Part shown: positions 61,700 through 64,000 of the stretch, piece by piece | Numbering within the stretch: the stretch's first letter is position 1 | How the letters are laid out: each line of letters starts with the position of its first letter | DNA from: Bacteroidaceae bacterium | GTDB taxonomy: Bacteria > Bacteroidota > Bacteroidia > Bacteroidales > Barnesiellaceae_A | Direction: 5' to 3' | Assembly (NCBI GenBank): GCA_017531985.1 | Contig: JAFXJY010000034.1 | Coordinates: 1,214-65,213 of the forward strand | Length of the DNA stretch: 64,000 nt | The notes under the pieces: generated by a model | The model's database searches: none | What the model was told of the DNA's origin: nothing | The model's input: only the letters and a program-made list of their open reading frames with translations | Translations under genes and position numbers: made by a program

Positions 61700-63916
61700 A
61701 TGTTATTGCAAGAAACTGACAAGATACAACAGAAAATATACGACGCACTGCGACATCGACACCTGCAAAATGCATTTAGCTTGATGCAACTACTCATACA
61801 AGAACTGCAAGAGTGGTCAGCCCGTACGATGCTTGACGAACTGGAAACATCTTATCGATACATGATACAATATATGCTCGATGGCATCAAAGATCCCGAA
61901 CGACAACATGTATACAATCACCTACTGACCGAGTCATACCTACTGGCCGATACCATCGACGAGCTTCGTCGATTGAAATCATCATCGACATTATATTATA
62001 CCCGCAAAAGAGAGCTGCAAAAGTCAGGACTTCACTTGCCGGAGATATTTTCCAACTTAGACAACTCTATCAACGTTCTATCACTCAGCGAACTTATTCC
62101 CGATAGTGAAGATTGTACATCACACCGTCGCGAGGCAGAGAAAGCAGCGACACGCTTTTTCAACTACGTTTGGACTAACTATCCTGCCGATGCCAAGGAT
62201 TATGCCACATTACGCGAAGCACTTAGCCCGCATCATCTGCCCGATGCCCTTGCTGCTCTTATTGTGTCAGCCCTCACACTCAACATTATTCAGCACTTCG
62301 ACGACGAGAAGATGTGTATTCTCATCGACGCTTATTGCAACCACAATAGCGATGAAGTACAGATAAGAGCCTTGTGCGGCATACTCATTACCCTGCTACG
62401 ATACCACTCGCGACTGCCACTATACGAGAAGTTGCAAGCTCGCATTACATTGCTCTTCGACGATAACCGGGTTACGACCGACATGCGTAACATCATATTT
62501 CAGTTCATACGCAGTCGTGATACCGAAAAAATTTCGCGTAGGATGACCGAGGAGATTCTCCCCAAGATGATGAAGATAAGCCCCTCCCTCTACAAGAAAA
62601 TCAAGGAAGACGATGCCATGATTGATATTGAGTCGCTCGAACAGAACCCTGAGTGGCAAGAGATACTCGAACAGTCGGGCATAGCCGATAATATCAAGGA
62701 ACTGAACGACTTACAAATGGAAGGTGCCGATGTACTGATGAGTACATTTGCACATCTCAAAGGGTTTGACTTTTTCCAATCGTTATCCAACTGGTTCATG
62801 CCCTTCACTACCACTCACACAGCTGTTACTCAGACATTGGGCAACGAAGAGTGGAGCAAGCAATTTGCCCGACTATTGCAGTCGTCAGGTTTCATGTGCA
62901 ACAGCGACAAATACTCATTCTGCCTCTCTCTGTCACAAGTTCCCGAGAGTCAACGCCGCTTAATGGCTCAGCAATTTGACAGCCAGCAAGCACACTTACA
63001 TGAGGAAGCTCGTGCCGAGTTACATCGACAAAGTCGTGAACGTGAGAACATATCCAATCGTTACATACAGGACTTGTATCGCTTCTTAAAGCTACACCCA
63101 CAACGCAACGAATTTGTCGACTTCTTTACAACTCCCATTGATAAAATTTTACAAATAGACGAATTTTCAACCATCACGCAAGATATAAAATTACTGAAAA
63201 TATTAGGCGAATATCTTTTCAAAAATGCATGTTACGACGACGCTACATACGTTTTCACCATGCTTTCACACAACAACTTTACCGACAGCGAGTTATACCA
63301 GAAGATAGGCTATTGTCATCAGTCGAAGGGCGATTATGAGACGGCACTCGAATTCTATCTGAAAGCCGACTTGATCAAACCCGACCATGTGTGGACATTA
63401 CGTCGCATAGCTACCTGCTATCGCAATATGAAGAAAACAGAGACCGCCATACAGTATTTCATGCGAGTTGATAATCTTACCCCCGACAACCCTGCTGTCA
63501 ACCTCAATATCGGTCACTGTTATCTTGAACTGAAAGAGTATAACAATGCTTTGAAATATTACTTCAAGGTCGATTATCTCGACAGTCGCTCCTCCAAGGC
63601 CCGTCGTCCCATCGCATGGTGTTCGTTCTTGGTAGGGAAAGTTGAGCAAGCATGGCGTTATTATGAAAAAATTCTCGCCGACACTCCCACCTCATCCGAC
63701 TATCTTAATGCCGGACATGTGGCTCTGGCCTTGGGTAAGATGAAAGATGCAATAGGCTTATATCGGCAAAGTATCGTAGCTGACAACAACAATATCGAAA
63801 ACTTCACTCGCAGCTTCGATCAGGATCGCAATGACCTCATCAACGCCGGAATTGCACCCGACGACCTACCCATCATCTATGACCAAGTGCTATACAACTT
63901 GCAGCAACAAGTGTGA
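61700..63916 (+). CDS. tetratricopeptide repeat protein
   Basis: C-terminal TPRs (LYQKIGYCHQSKGDYETA, LNIGHCYLELKEYNNA). Confidence 0.85.
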   Translation: MLLQETDKIQQKIYDALRHRHLQNAFSLMQLLIQELQEWSARTMLDELETSYRYMIQYMLDGIKDPERQHVYNHLLTESYLLADTIDELRRLKSSSTLYYTRKRELQKSGLHLPEIFSNLDNSINVLSLSELIPDSEDCTSHRREAEKAATRFFNYVWTNYPADAKDYATLREALSPHHLPDALAALIVSALTLNIIQHFDDEKMCILIDAYCNHNSDEVQIRALCGILITLLRYHSRLPLYEKLQARITLLFDDNRVTTDMRNIIFQFIRSRDTEKISRRMTEEILPKMMKISPSLYKKIKEDDAMIDIESLEQNPEWQEILEQSGIADNIKELNDLQMEGADVLMSTFAHLKGFDFFQSLSNWFMPFTTTHTAVTQTLGNEEWSKQFARLLQSSGFMCNSDKYSFCLSLSQVPESQRRLMAQQFDSQQAHLHEEARAELHRQSRERENISNRYIQDLYRFLKLHPQRNEFVDFFTTPIDKILQIDEFSTITQDIKLLKILGEYLFKNACYDDATYVFTMLSHNNFTDSELYQKIGYCHQSKGDYETALEFYLKADLIKPDHVWTLRRIATCYRNMKKTETAIQYFMRVDNLTPDNPAVNLNIGHCYLELKEYNNALKYYFKVDYLDSRSSKARRPIAWCSFLVGKVEQAWRYYEKILADTPTSSDYLNAGHVALALGKMKDAIGLYRQSIVADNNNIENFTRSFDQDRNDLINAGIAPDDLPIIYDQVLYNLQQQV

Positions 63917-64000
63917 CGGCCTATGCATTGACTCACTCGTACATACAACAGAGTGCCACTCTCACGAGCAGCACTCCGGTATTCATATGAAAGTGATAGT

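Noticed and set aside
1-64000. CRISPR array, rRNA, prophage
   Set aside because: No regularly spaced repeats, rRNA signatures or phage genes seen

Overview
Chromosomal window from a Bacteroidales bacterium, judged from recurrent TAnnTTTG -7 promoter boxes, T9SS-type C-terminal domains and Bacteroides-like gene order. It is mostly housekeeping genes (ettA, def, ruvX, tRNA-Ser(GCT), mltG, efp, cinA, tsaD, tamB-like, rpmH, trpS, trxA, nifJ, riboflavin synthase). It also carries two RND efflux operons (one multidrug type, one heavy-metal type), a LytS/LytTR pair, a BlaI/M56-TonB module and three T9SS cargo proteins. No CRISPR array, rRNA, integrase or transposase was seen. Best leads: (1) a TROVE-like helical/TerD-domain protein (57512-59581) followed at once by a structured ~120-nt candidate ncRNA with its own -7 box and U-tract, a possible Ro60/Y-RNA-like ribonucleoprotein; (2) a His/Cys-rich exported leader ORF ending in the RAPP ribosome-arrest motif upstream of the metal efflux operon; (3) a second leader-like ORF with a different C-terminus; (4) a candidate sRNA between mltG and efp; (5) a 192-bp MITE inserted in the blaI stop codon; (6) an orphan 5' half tRNA. 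All calls come from reading motifs by eye; no searches were run.
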